Part shown: positions 1 through 12,165 of the stretch, piece by piece
Layout: each line of letters starts with the position of its first letter
Numbering within the stretch: the stretch's first letter is position 1
Source: Eledone cirrhosa
Taxonomy: Eukaryota
Assembly (NCBI GenBank): GCA_964016885.1
Contig: OZ024742.1
Span: 313,410,001-313,474,000, forward strand
Reading direction: 5' to 3'
Length of the DNA stretch: 64,000 nt
Made by a program: the position numbers and the translations under genes
The notes under the pieces: model-generated
Seen by the model: the letters and a program-made list of their open reading frames with translations, nothing else
Told to the model about the DNA's origin: nothing
Databases searched by the model: none

Positions 1-19
1 CAAACTTGTGGTTACTTGC

Positions 20-124
20 CTGTGCTTGCCAGTCAGCCACTCTGGCTGGCCAGTACTTCTCTACAAGACGATGACCAACAAAATCAGCAATCAAATAACA
101 AAATGAAGCACCAGTTGCAGAACA
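20..124 (-). CDS. TMEM41B: TMEM41B coding exon (CSATGASFCYLIADFVGHRLVEKYWPARVADWQAQ); gene continues beyond the window
   Basis: 105 nt, 35 codons, aligns without gaps to human CSGLGASFCYMLSYLVGRPVVYKYLTEKAVKWSQQ; TAG acceptor; CAG|GCAAGT GC-type donor. Confidence 0.92.
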
Positions 125-282
125 CTATTAATGAAAAGAACATAATATGAATAATAATAATGATTTCTGATTTATGGTTTCTGATTTAAGCACAAAGCCA
201 ACAATTTTGGGAGAGGGGAAAGTAGATTAAATTTTACCACAGTACATCACTTTATTTTATCAACCCTATAAGGATGAACAAT

Positions 283-470
283 AATTGTTTCTACTTTAGG
301 CACAAGGCCAGCAATTACCAGTGCATTACTGGTACTTTATTTTATCGACCCCGTAAGGATGAAAGGCAAAGTCAACCTCGGCGGGATTTGAACTCAGATG
401 GTAAAGGGACGTAACTATGCTGGAAAGCATGGCGTCCGACCCTCTACCGATACTGCCAATCCACCGCCCT
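283..470 (-). mobile_element. SINE copy
   Basis: Near-exact reverse complement of 46441-46628. Confidence 0.88.
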
Positions 471-1074
471 AGGATGAACAATAATAATGATTTCTTTATT
501 AACCACAAGAGCTTGTACATACATAATAAATATCACAATCATAGAGGTTACAATCATAGAGGTTACATGGAGCTGGGCAAAGTTAGTATGAAAACAAATT
601 AAAATTTGATAAAACATGAAATAAGTATAAAAGAATATAAAACATAGCAGAAAATATAATATAAAATATGACAAACATTTTGGGGTTGTAAACTTAATTG
701 GCTGTACAGTTTAAAATGCCATCTGTTCCACTGTGTTATTTGAACCAAGCCCCCAGTTTGACAATACTTCCTTTGCACCCTCCCACCAAACTTGGAGGCT
801 CCAAAAGTGCTCATGAGCACAGCCCTTTCCTATCTAACCCCTTCAATCTCTCAACACCAAAAGTGGTCACTGCCCTTCCCCATCTTACTAAACAGTAAGA
901 AATAATTTAAAAAAATAAAATAAAAACTTATAGACAGTATCAAGAAACTTGTGTGCACATGTGTGTGTGTGTGTGTGCGAGCACGTGTCTGAGTATGAAT
1001 TTTTATGTATTTGTGTGAGTACATAGGACTGCGCATATGTGTGCATAAATAAAGTAGCGGAGTAATGCACTTAC

Positions 1075-1168
1075 CAGACAAACCAAAAATAAGGCCAACG
1101 GGAATGAGAAGAGGAAGCCAGAAAGAATACTAAGGAAGATGGACCCTGGAATGGCAAATGACTGTAAA
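1075..1168 (-). CDS. TMEM41B: TMEM41B coding exon (LQSFAIPGSIFLSILSGFLFSFPLALFLVCL), start of the VTT/DedA domain
   Basis: Near-identical to human LQTFAIPGSIFLSILSGFLYPFPLALFLVCL; 94 nt; CTG|GTAAGT donor. Confidence 0.96.
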
Positions 1169-1965
1169 CTGATGCAGTTAAGGTAAATACAACTTAATAG
1201 AATAATTACACAGAGGAACAAAAGGAGAGAAAAAAAACAAAAGAGAAAAAAAAATATCAAAGCATTAAAGAATGTTGCGAGTCATAATTTCTAATTTAGG
1301 CACATCATCATCATCGTTTTACATTTGTTTTTCCATGCTTGCATTAGCTGGATGGGTCTTTTCCAACACAGCATCTCTCTACTCATCGCAGCCCTTTGTC
1401 AATTCAACTGTGAGCTTCAGCACAACCCCAGTACTTGACTGGTACTTTATGCTGTCAACCCTGGAAGGAGGAGCTTCAGCATAACCCCAGTACTTGACTG
1501 GTACTTTATGTTATCAACCCTGGAAGAATGAGCTTCAGCACAGCCCCCGTACTTGACTGGTACTTTATTTTATTGACCCTGGAAAGACGAAAGGCAAAGT
1601 TCACCTTGGTGGGATTTGAACTCAGAATGTAAAGAGCCAGAACAAATGCCACAATGGTCCTATATCTGATTCTCTACCAATTCTGCCAAATATTTATTAA
1701 TTTAGGTACAAGGCCAGCAGTTTTGGCAGAAAGTCAAAGTTATTAAATCAGCGTCAGTACTAGAATGGTACTTTATTTTATTGACCCTGGAAGGATGAAA
1801 GGTAAAGTTAACCCCAGCGACATTTGAACTCAGAGAACAGACAGAGTCAGAATAAATGACATGAGGCATTTTTTTTTGTCTGACACACACTCACAACCCT
1901 GCCAATCCACGACCCTGACAAACACCTCAGATAATAAAGAACGATAAAGTTACTGCAAAGGATAC
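1169..1965 (-). other. TMEM41B: U12-type (minor spliceosome) GT-AG intron of TMEM41B
   Basis: 5' site GTATCCTTT (1965-1957); branch point CCTTAAC (1183-1177) 8 nt before the exon, with no polypyrimidine tract. Confidence 0.93.
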
Positions 1966-2094
1966 AAAATATAGACGAGAAAATACCCAGCAAGAACTTG
2001 GTAAAAATATTTGTCCTTGTAACGAGATAGAATACGACCTAGGTTTTTAGCATCTGCTATATCCTGTGGTACTTTAATATATTGCTTTTCTTCT
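1966..2094 (-). CDS. TMEM41B: TMEM41B coding exon (EEKQYIKVPQDIADAKNLGRILSRYKDKYFYQVLAGYFLVYIF)
   Basis: 129 nt; TTTCAG acceptor, GTATCCTTT (U12-type) donor; matches human KVPRDMDDAKALGKVLSKYKDTFYVQVLVAYFATYIF. Absent from the ORF track. Confidence 0.95.
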
Positions 2095-2872
2095 CTGAAA
2101 ATATAGGAAAAGATGATCATTTAGGCATAAAAATATCAACTTCCATGCAATTGAGTATTGTTCTGTGGTTTATTAACCCTTTAGCATTTAAACCGGCCAT
2201 GTCCGGCCAGAATTCTCTCACCTCTTACTATTCAAACCAACCATAACCAGCTGCTCATACTTATGTTAATGTATTGTTCCTATTCGATATTGTTGTGGGA
2301 TAATTATGTGAGATAAAGTGTTTACTGTGAAAATACAATACTATATATATAGTCAAGTGTTGAAGAAGAATGAAAGTGACTGGGTGAGAGGAGTAATGAA
2401 AATTAATGCAAAATGAAATCACGGAAGAAGACCAAATCATCAAGCTGACCTAAGCTTTGTGAGGAAAATTAAGTAGACAGATACTGTGTGGAAGCCTGTT
2501 GCGTGTATTGTACTTGTAATTCAAAGGTTCAGACTTGTTACATATTGTGTCAGGCTGATTTGGCTTGTGAATTATATCAAGCCTATATTTACTATTATAT
2601 TTTCATAGTAAAGGCTTTGCCTCACATAATATCGAATCTATGAGATTTAGATATTTATTTTGAGAACAATACCTTAACACCAGTATGAGTGGCTGGTTAT
2701 GGCTGGTTTGAACAGAAAGAGGCAACAGAATTCTGACTGGATACGGACAGTTTAACTGCTAAAGAGTTAAGCCTATACATATCTGGAGTACTCAACCACT
2801 TACATGTTAATTCATGAGTTAGACATTTTCTTCATCAAATAACTGATGGATGATCCTGTCATCAATTGCCAT

Positions 2873-3099
2873 TTAACCCTTTAGCATTTAAACCAGCCGT
2901 ATCTGGCAAGAATTCTCTCACCCCTTTCTGTAATCCGGCCATAACTGGCTGCTCATACTTATGTTAAGGTATTGTTCTTAAAATAAATAATATCGAAATC
3001 TCATAGATTCGATATTATGTGGGATAATTATGCAAGATAAAGCCTTTACCGTGAAAATATAATAGTAAATATAGAGTAATGTAAATGCTAAAGGGTTAA
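2873..3099. mobile_element. piggyBac-type MITE (reference copy)
   Basis: TTAA|CCCTTTAGCATTT...AAATGCTAAAGGG|TTAA; further copies at ~2172-2345, 2581-2770, 25803-26007, 27108-27299, 49150-49360, 51949-52169, 54760-54975, 57538-57766, 58584-58802 and 60446-60639. Confidence 0.85.
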
Positions 3100-3159
3100 A
3101 GGAAAGGAGAAAACATGAATTGTAAGAAATAAATATGTGTAAAGAAAAACAATACTTAC

Positions 3160-3409
3160 AAATCCATATTTGGAAATCGTAGATATATAAATACCATAAC
3201 TAGAATGGATGTGAAGAAAAGGACACCAAGTATTATAAAAGATCTACTACTATTGGTTTCTGTGGACTGGTTTTTGGTAGCTGGTGATGAAATGCTAGTG
3301 GAATGCTTTGACTTTGACATGCTATTAGTGCTGTCGTTTGACTTGTGGTGGACATTGGAATTAGAAACAGACGACTCATTGACAAAGCTACTGGACAAAT
3401 GGTTATGTT
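3160..3409 (-). CDS. TMEM41B: TMEM41B coding exon (Ser-rich N-terminus and first TM helix, ...SRSFIILGVLFFTSILVMVFIYLRFPNMD)
   Basis: TTTTCAG acceptor, GTAAGT donor; resembles human ARMSLLILVSIFLSAAFVMFLVYKNFPQL; phase 2 joins the next exon. Confidence 0.88.
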
Positions 3410-3477
3410 CTGAAAATAGAAGAGAAGAAAATTTTAAAATCTAACAAATAACATGTAAATTAGAAACAATTATTAAG

Positions 3478-3912
3478 GAGGATTGTGGATTGGCAGAATT
3501 GGTAGAGCATCGAATAAAATGGCATTTTAATATTTGTTTTAGCTCTTTACATTCTGCTTTCCGATTCCGTCAGAGTCAATTTTGCCTTTCACCCTTCTAG
3601 TGTCAATAAAATAAGGTACCAGTCAAATACTGAGGTTGATTTAATCAACTTTGCCCTTCTTTCAAATATGCTGGCCTTATATACTTAAATTAGAAATCAT
3701 TATTTAACCGGTAAAGGGCAGTGAATTGGCAGTATCGGTAGAGGGTCGGACGCCATGCTTTGACGCATAGAGTTACGGCCCTTGCCATTCTGAGTTCAAA
3801 TCCTGTCGAGCTTAACTTTGCCTTTCATCCTAACGGGGGTCGATAAAATAAAGTACCAGTAATACACTGGGATACTTGCTGGCCTTGTGCCTATTGTAGA
3901 AACAATTATTTA
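3478..3912 (+). mobile_element. Two tandem SINE copies (older and younger)
   Basis: Both contain the SINE central domain and tail. Confidence 0.8.
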
Positions 3913-4309
3913 ACCGGTAAATATTCTAATTCCTGTAACAATGTATGGTTCAGTGAGTGAGAGCGAAAGAGAGATATGAAAGTGAAGAGGACCATGAAAA
4001 TAAACAGGCATAGCTATGAAATTCACTTTGAAAGCAAATAGTCTCATGGTTAATCCCATTGCACAATACTTTGGGAGAGTGTTTTCTACAATAGAACCAT
4101 AGACACAAGTTGAACAATATCTGGTAAACAGAAACCATGCAGTGAATGTTTATATATCTGTGTGTGTGTATATGCATATGTATGTAGGTAAGTAGGTATT
4201 GTATTGTATGCATGTGTGTATGTTCTAACAATATATATATATTTTCAAAAAATCAATGTTTTAAAATAAAATCACTGCAGAGGGTTTATTGTCAATCTTA
4301 CTCTGCTAG

Positions 4310-4886
4310 TGAACCAGTGACTGATATTGGAAACTTACGATTGATATTGAAAACCAGTGATTGATATTGGAGACCAGTGATTGATATTGGAAACCTGTAA
4401 CCAACAGCACCATTGTTCACCACTGAAAAGTGGACATGGTGACACAACAAAACACCCAGCCCACCCAGTAAAGTGATCGTGTTGGTGACATGACAAAAAG
4501 CACCTAACACACACTGTAAAGTGGTCGTGATGGTGACAGAACAAAAAGCACCCAGCCCACCCAGTAAAGTGATCATGTTGAAGACATGACAAAAAGCACC
4601 TAGCACACCCTGTAAAGTGGTTGTGTTAGTGACATGACAAAGACCCGGTCCACTGTGTAAGGTGGTTGTACTGGTGACATGATAAAAAAAAGTACCCAGT
4701 CCAACCTTTCAGTGGGTCACTCTGGTGCCAAAAAGCACCCAGTAGATGCTGCAAATATGGTTGGCATTAGGAAAGGCATCCAGCTATAGAAACCAAGTCA
4801 GAAACAGTTCTGTAATAGCAAGACATGGTCACCTGACAACTCGTCTAAGCCACACTAGCATGGAAAATGGACATTAAACGATGATT
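4310..4886 (+). repeat. 20-bp tandem array followed by an RTE-tailed element with a ~41-bp internal tandem array
   Basis: AACCAGTGATTGATATTGG x4, then AAAAGCACCCAG..GTAAAGTGGTCGTG..GGTGACATGAC x7, ending in the RTE 3' tail. Confidence 0.75.
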
Positions 4887-6800
4887 CATCATCATCATCA
4901 GGTTTAGCGTCCGTGTTCCACGCTTGCATGGGTTTGGACGGGGGTTTTCCCACTTGAGGCAAGAGTGGTTGTCTTGCTCGCATAGGACTGTCTGGCAGGT
5001 TTTCTACAGTTGGATGCCCTTCCTAACACCAACCACATTTACAGTGTGGGGCTGGGAGGTTTTTACCGTGTTGCCTACACGGCCACATTACAGCGTGGAC
5101 TGTCTGGCGGGTTTTCTACAGCTGGATGCCCTTCCTAACACCAACCACATTTACAGTGTGGGGCTGGGAGGTTTTTACCGTGTTGCCTACACGGCCACAT
5201 TTACAGCGTGGACTGTGCGTTTTTTTGTCGTGACACCTACACAATCTCATTTGTTTCGGCCTGGATGTTGTGGGACCAACATAACTGTACATTGAAAGGG
5301 GCGGTGTGGATGGGGTGGAGGTGGTGGGACGGGGGGTGTTTTGATAGAGATGCCTACTGACTGTAGTAGGTTTTTACTTTGTATTTAGGTAAGGCGGGTC
5401 TTCTCTATTACTGAGTACCGCCAAAGGTCTCGGTCCAGTGACATTGTCTTGGAGAGGTGTAAGCGTGTGAGGTCGGAATTTATCAGCTCGTCCCATGTTT
5501 TTCTGGGTCTGCCTACTCCGTGGCTACCGTCTATCTTTATTGCCCTGCACTTTGTTATACAGCTGTCGTCTTTCATGCGCATCACGTGACCGTACCAACG
5601 TAGCCTTCTCTCGAGTAAACAACATCTGATCCCTCTTATTTCTAATTTTTTCCTTAGTTCGTTTATGCTTTGCCGTTCACGTATATTACTATTGCACATC
5701 CAGCGGAGCATGCAAGCTTCGTTCCTCTCTAGTCTGCGTATATCCTCTGCACACAATGCCCAGGTCTCACTGCCATGCAGCATTGCTGTTCGTATGCAGG
5801 CATCGTATAACCTGCCTTTCATTTTTAGGGAGAACCCTCTAGCGGCTAATAGTGGTATAAGCTCTCTGAACTTTTTCCATCCAGTTCTGACTCTAGCTAC
5901 TGTACTTTCAGAGCACCCTCCCCCACTGCTGATTTTGTCACCCAGGTAACGGAAGCTGTCCACTATTTCTATAGAACCCTCTGCGCAGTTGAAGGAGCTA
6001 GTATTTTGTGGGCACTTGCTGCTACTTATTGCACCAGAGCACCGGCCACATGTAAAATCTATGTTCTTAGTTAGCTTACCTGTGATCCCACTACATCTTT
6101 TATGCACCCATACTTTGCATTTGGGACATAAAATGGAGTTTCTACCTACGCCTTTCCTACACACTGAGCATGGCCATTTCCCAGATGGGACTGCCGCCAT
6201 ATTTTCTTTCCTACAAACTAGAACTTTTGTCTTAGCCAGGTTAATTTTAAGGCCTTTTGATTCTAGGCCGTGCTTCCATGTTTGGAATTTCTTCTCTAGT
6301 TCGGTCATTGATTCAGCTATGAGCGTTAGATCATCTGCGTATAGGAGTTCCCATGGGCAGCCGGTCTTGAACTCCTCTGTTATAGCCTGAAGGGCAATAA
6401 TAAATAGTAGGGGGCTAAGAACAGAGCCCTGATGGACACCAACTTTTACGCTAAACTCTTCACTATATTCGTTGTTAATTCTAACCTTACTGACTGTTTC
6501 TTTATACATGGCTTGTATAGCTCTCACAAGCCATTCGTCAACACCTAGTTTTCTAAGAGACCACCAGATAATGGAACGGGGGACTCTGTCGAAGGCTTTC
6601 TCCAAGTCGACGAAAGCTAAGTATAGGGGTTTACTTTTAGCTAGGTACTTCTCCTGTAGTTGTCGTACAATGAAAAGAGCGTCTGTGGTACTTTTGCCTG
6701 ACACAAACCCGAACTGCATTTCATCTAGATCAATTCTCTCTCTGATTAGTTGCGCTATTACTTTTTCCGTGACCTTCATGACCTGGTCGATTAATTTAAT
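4887..6800 (-). mobile_element. 5'-truncated RTE LINE, same subfamily as 17380-21205, open RT/PHD/C-terminal frame
   Basis: ORF 5385-6857 is nearly identical to the RT of the long copy; (CAT)n tail at 4887; (TA)-rich run at the 5' break. Confidence 0.95.
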
Positions 6801-7834
6801 GATATATATAAATATATATATATTGCTGGAAAGAGGGTAGAGTTCCATATGAATCAAAGATTATAGGTAAAAAGTAAAAGTGGAAAAGCACAAGAATATA
6901 CATAAAGATTCTATTTTTTCTTTAATTCGCCAGAATAAATATTATTATAATTGTTATACAGTACCAGTTTCGACTGATATGTCTGTCAATCTTTATATAT
7001 ATATATACATACATAAGTTTGTTCCCATAATCTCTGGGCAGTTAGAACATATGTGGATTTTCTCTTAAAATCACATATATATTTTCTTTATGAAAGTGGG
7101 GTGGATTCAATTGATTTACTAGAAAATTCTATTGATTTAAATAAAAGATTCCTTTTGTATTCAGAATAAAGGCCCAGATGGCACTTTGTTGTTCTCTCTT
7201 TCTCTGTGTGTGTATGTGTGCATGTACGTCTGTGTGTGTGTATGTGTGTGTGTGTGCATGTATGTGATTCCATTATGTCAAGAGATCAAGTTTATTTTCA
7301 GGGTTTGTAGATTAAATAAAAGAATGAAAGAAAAATAAATAGAAATAGCTAAAAGCTGGTATAAAGATGTTTCAAAGTTCTCTTGTAAATACAAAGACAA
7401 TTATATAAATAAAAAGGGGATAATAATAATAATTGTTTTTGATGAATGTTTTTAGGAAGGTTGTGATTTTAGCTTTCTTTTGTCTTGTGGTATATATTTG
7501 TAGGTGAAACTCCATCTTGTCAAGAGATCAAGTTTATTTTTAGGGTTTGCAAATAAAAACATGAAAAGAATGAAGAGAAGTAAATAAAAATACAAATATA
7601 GATATAAACATGATTGAAAGAAGTAGTTTGGGGAGCGGGTGGTTTACATATATCAAAGAAAAGGTTTCAAGAAGATTTAATAGATAAATAAAACAAGCTT
7701 TTGGCGGAAATTTCTTTGGAGTTATGATTTTTCCTTTTATCTTGTGCACGGGAGAGAGAGAGTGTGTGTGATTGCACACACACAGGTTTGCTAATAGATG
7801 CGTGTAAATTGGCTGTTACCATCTAGAGATCATT

Positions 7835-8022
7835 GTGATTTCGCAGTATCAGTAGAGGGTCGGGCGCCGTGCTTTGAAGCATAGAGTTACCTCCCTTTAT
7901 GATCTGAGTTCAAATCCCGCCGAGGTTAACTTTGCCTTTCATCCTTACAGGGTCGATAAAATAAAGTACCAGTAATACACTGGGATAATTGCTGGCCTTG
8001 TGCCAAAAGTAGAAACAATTAT
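7835..8022 (+). mobile_element. SINE copy
   Basis: Matches 46441-46628. Confidence 0.85.
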
Positions 8023-8490
8023 TTAAATCAATGTAATTTTGTAGTATGTCAATTGAATCCTGACCTGTTCAACCACACCTCCACCATCAACACCCCACCT
8101 TCATAAAGATAATATATATAAGAGATTTTGAGAGAACATTCACATATGTTCTAACTGACCACAGAAAATGAGATCAAACCTACTTTGATAAGATTGACAT
8201 ATCAATCAAAAATATTTCACCAAACTTAAATTCATTTAATGTAACAATTATAAAAATTATTTATGAAAAAAGAATCTTTAAATATACTCTTGTGCTTTTC
8301 CACTTTGATGCACGCATCAAAGTGGAACAGCACAAGAGTATATTTAAAGAATATTTCTATCACCTGCTTGTTTGTGTGTGTTTTCTTTGCCTTTTTCTTT
8401 TTTCTCTTTTAATTTGTAATATTATGATGACGGTTATGCTGACAAATAAAATACTACCTATATTCCCGCTGCTTACATACTTTCTGCATT

Positions 8491-8856
8491 CATCATCATC
8501 ATCATCGTTTAACGTCCATTTTCTACGCTAGCATGAGTCTGGACGGAAATTGTCCCACTTGAGGCAAGATTGGTTGTCTTGCTCAGGACTGTCTGGTGGG
8601 TTTTCTACGGCTGGGTGCCCTTCCCAACACCAACCACGTTTACAGTGTGTACTGGGAGGTTTTTACCGTGTTACCTACACGGCCACATTACAGCGTGGAC
8701 TGTGTGTTTTTTTGTTGTGACATCTACACGACCTCATTTGTTTCGGACTGGATGTTGTGGTACCAACATAACTTCGCATAAGTTTTGGATTGCGTTTGGA
8801 GGCTGGGAGCGGTGGGGCGCAGGGGGTTATGTTAGCCATCCGCAGCCGAAACAAGC

Positions 8857-8858
<2 letters not shown>
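8491..8858 (-). mobile_element. Non-autonomous internally deleted RTE derivative (5' piece fused to 3' UTR)
   Basis: 8780-8855 is the reverse complement of ~17725-17797; 8491-8775 matches the 3' UTR ~20913-21205. Confidence 0.85.
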
Positions 8859-8896
<38 letters not shown>

Positions 8897-9373
8897 CATT
8901 ATATTAAATATATAAATATAGTGTGAATGTGGTTTAAATAGGTACACCATGTTGCAAGGTATCCAAAAGGGGTTGATAACACCAGTGAGGGCATCCACCA
9001 GTAAAAACATTGCCTGAAAAAAATGACCCTATTTATGGGTATGAAACCTGTCATGGCCCACATGGTTAACTCCTGCCTTAGCAGGGAAAATGTACTAAAA
9101 TGTTTTATGATATAAAAACGTTATATATAAAATATATATTTTTTAAAAAAAACGATATCAAACAAAACTACAACTAATATCAATTTTGCCGGAAGTCAGA
9201 AGCGTGTTATTAAAAAAAACTAAGAAACCAACTTTAAAAACAGTTACCAAGGAAGGTAACTATGTCTGACTTAACAGAGTTACGTCCCTTGTGTAATACT
9301 GTTATATTGAGAGAACATTTTATTTAGTTTAATAGCACAATTGATTTTAACAGGGCTTTGGAAATTCAATACT

Positions 9374-9407
<34 letters not shown>

Positions 9408-10124
9408 ATACAATAACAGAGATAGCTTAACGCTAAACTCCGACTGGTAACCATCTCACTCAACAAACATTAGGTTATATGTTAGTATAACCCAATTTAA
9501 GTGTTTGGGGTGCTAACTATATGTATTTTGTGGAAAGCCAGTTGTATCATTTTATGAGATATAATTAAAGTTAAATATATTTATCTTAATTTAAACGAAT
9601 GAATCATCAGTATGTACATACTGTATATACTTGCATATAAATAATTGTTTCTACTTTTGGCACAAGGCCAGCAATTATGCCAGTGCATTACTGGTACTTT
9701 ATTTTATCGACCCCGTCGTAAGGATGAACTGCAAAGTTAATTTACACGTTGTATTTCCGTGAGAAAAGGTACGACCAAGACAAAAGTATACACTATTGCT
9801 AAATAGATGCGTAAGAACTTCTTACCTTCCGTATTACTTTTATTCTAAAACGTGAAAGTGAAATATCGATTATAAAGTATTTATTATTAACTTGTATAAA
9901 CATTGTTGTGAAATATATAGCAAGTTCCGGATATTTACCAATATCTAATTATAATTTATGAAAAATATATTTGGATAATATACATACAATAGAATTTTAA
10001 AAGATATTCGGATAGTTGTTTCCTCGTTTAATAAGTAATAGACGTGGTGATGAAATGAGTGAATCAAAGCAAAATCAACGGGTATGGTAGGCATTGGTAA
10101 TGTCATCGGAAAGAATATTGTAAA

Positions 10125-10635
10125 GCGGTGTTTCTCAACGGGGGCCCTAGGACCCCGGTGATCATATGGAAATGGGGGGGGGGGGAATATGAAATTTTGG
10201 GTGGCCATATGATATTAATGGAGCATTTGAAACAATAAAGTGTATTCTTAATTTAGGGAGAAAGTTTGCTGATCTGCATGAAAAACATGATTTCGAGACG
10301 TGATTTTTGCCTGCAAGCATGTATGTGAGTGCTAAGAGACTTGCTGACGTATGAGAATATGCACGCTTTAAAAGTAAAAAAAAAAAACCCATTTCGATCG
10401 CAATTACAACCTGTTTACCACAATTACTCAGTGTTTGACTTATTTTCTGTACATTTACCAAAAAATAACCAAATAAATCTTTTTGATTCATTTTTAACAT
10501 CTGTTGCCGTGCTGTCTTTTTTTAAAATGTTTGTCTACTTATATCAGCAATATAACGTGAGAGGGGGGGGGGGGGGCATTTGAAAAACCAGGACATCTTG
10601 GGGAGGCATGGAGCAAAAAAGGTTGAGAACCTAGG
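10125..10635. mobile_element. hAT-type MITE
   Basis: CGGTGTTTCTCAAC...GGTTGAGAAC termini; similar elements at 43248-43396 and 60642-60774. Confidence 0.55.
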
Positions 10636-10944
10636 TTGGAAAGAAATACCAATTAGAATACTATGCTTGTGTTGGCTTACCTAAAAATAATTATTAGAAG
10701 GGAAACTCCAACGATTCTTGTTGAAGCGTGTGATTGAGTGTACGGATTTTCCGTCACCTTTTTTCCCCTTTTTAAATAGATTAAAAATATATAAATTGTG
10801 TTTAGACACTAATATATAAAGTGTGCATCTTAAGTTAACGAATAATAAATGGATACATTCGAAAAGATAAAATTGAAACTCCAAAAAATAATTGAAAAAT
10901 ATTGTACGTGTGTACATACGAATTTATATTAGCTAAAAACTTTC

Positions 10945-11400
10945 TATAATTGTTTCTAATTTTGGCACAAGGCCAGCAATTACCCAGTACATTACTGGTA
11001 CTTTATTTTATCGACAACGTAAGGATGAAAGGCAAAGTTAACTTCGGCGGGATTTGAACTCACATCGTAAAGGGACGTAACTATGCTGGAAAGCATGTCC
11101 GGCCCTCTACCAATACTGCCAATAAAGAAGTGCAGGGCTCAGTTTTCTTTGTATATTTAGCAATATTGCCTCTCCCTACATATACATGACATTTAAAATG
11201 TGTGTCCCATCGTAAATAATAATAATAGCTTCTGATTTAGGCACGAGGCCAGCAATTTTGGTGGAGTGGAAAGTCGATCAAATCGACCTTGATGCGTGAT
11301 GGTACTTTATTTTATCGAACCCGTATGGACGAAAGGCAAAGCTAACCTCGGCGGGATTTAAACTCAAAACCGCGATGCTGTGTGTCCGACGCTCCACAGA
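10945..11400 (-). mobile_element. Two SINE copies
   Basis: 10945-11122 and ~11225-11400 match the reverse complement of the SINE. Confidence 0.8.
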
Positions 11401-11921
11401 TACTGAATGATTTCTTTATTAACCATACAAGGCTCACACTAAGAAAACATTAAATACAGTGCAAGACGATACAGTGTATGTGGGGGGGGGGGGGTAAAAT
11501 AACATTTATAACAGACTAAAAAAATAAACATTTAAAAAAAACAAATTCCCCAAAGGTGGGGAGACTCCAAGGGTTGCTTGTGGAGATAGCCCAAAGTCCC
11601 CCAGTTGTTCTCTTACAATCTACAGGCGTAATGCTATTAAGTTAGACATGGCCTGGGCCAATACTGGCCAAACCTATCAAAGTTAATAGTTGAGAAAATT
11701 GGGTAAATTGACCGTGAAGGCGGAAACAGAAAGTGGACAGTAATGAATTGCGTTGTTGTTTATCAGTTTCTGCAGATTCACTACTTTTTGATTGCAACTC
11801 AGACAGAATAAATACTGTTGGGTATTTTTTGTTCAATAGCACCAGTATATACGTGCCAACTTATATGTACACTCTGCTAACACAATATATGTGTATGTAC
11901 ATGTATACACACATGAGTATA

Positions 11922-12165
11922 TACAAGGTGAGTCATAAATAACCAAGAAGTCAATGCATTTTTATTGCATGGTTCACATAACTTTTTGAACAATCGTTTC
12001 AAAATGTATTGTGAAACGGGGTCAACTTTTAAAACTCATCCTTTATATTTTTGAAACTACTTTGTTCTATTTATAATTTTCTACTGTGTGATCAGAATTT
12101 TATTAAATATTATTATTTGGAATATAAATGATGGACTGTCCGGTTACTTACGATTCACACTGTAT
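11922..12165. mobile_element. Tc1/mariner-type MITE
   Basis: Imperfect TIRs TACAAGGTGAGTCATAAATAACC / GGTTACTTACGATTCACACTGTA with TA ends. Confidence 0.65.
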
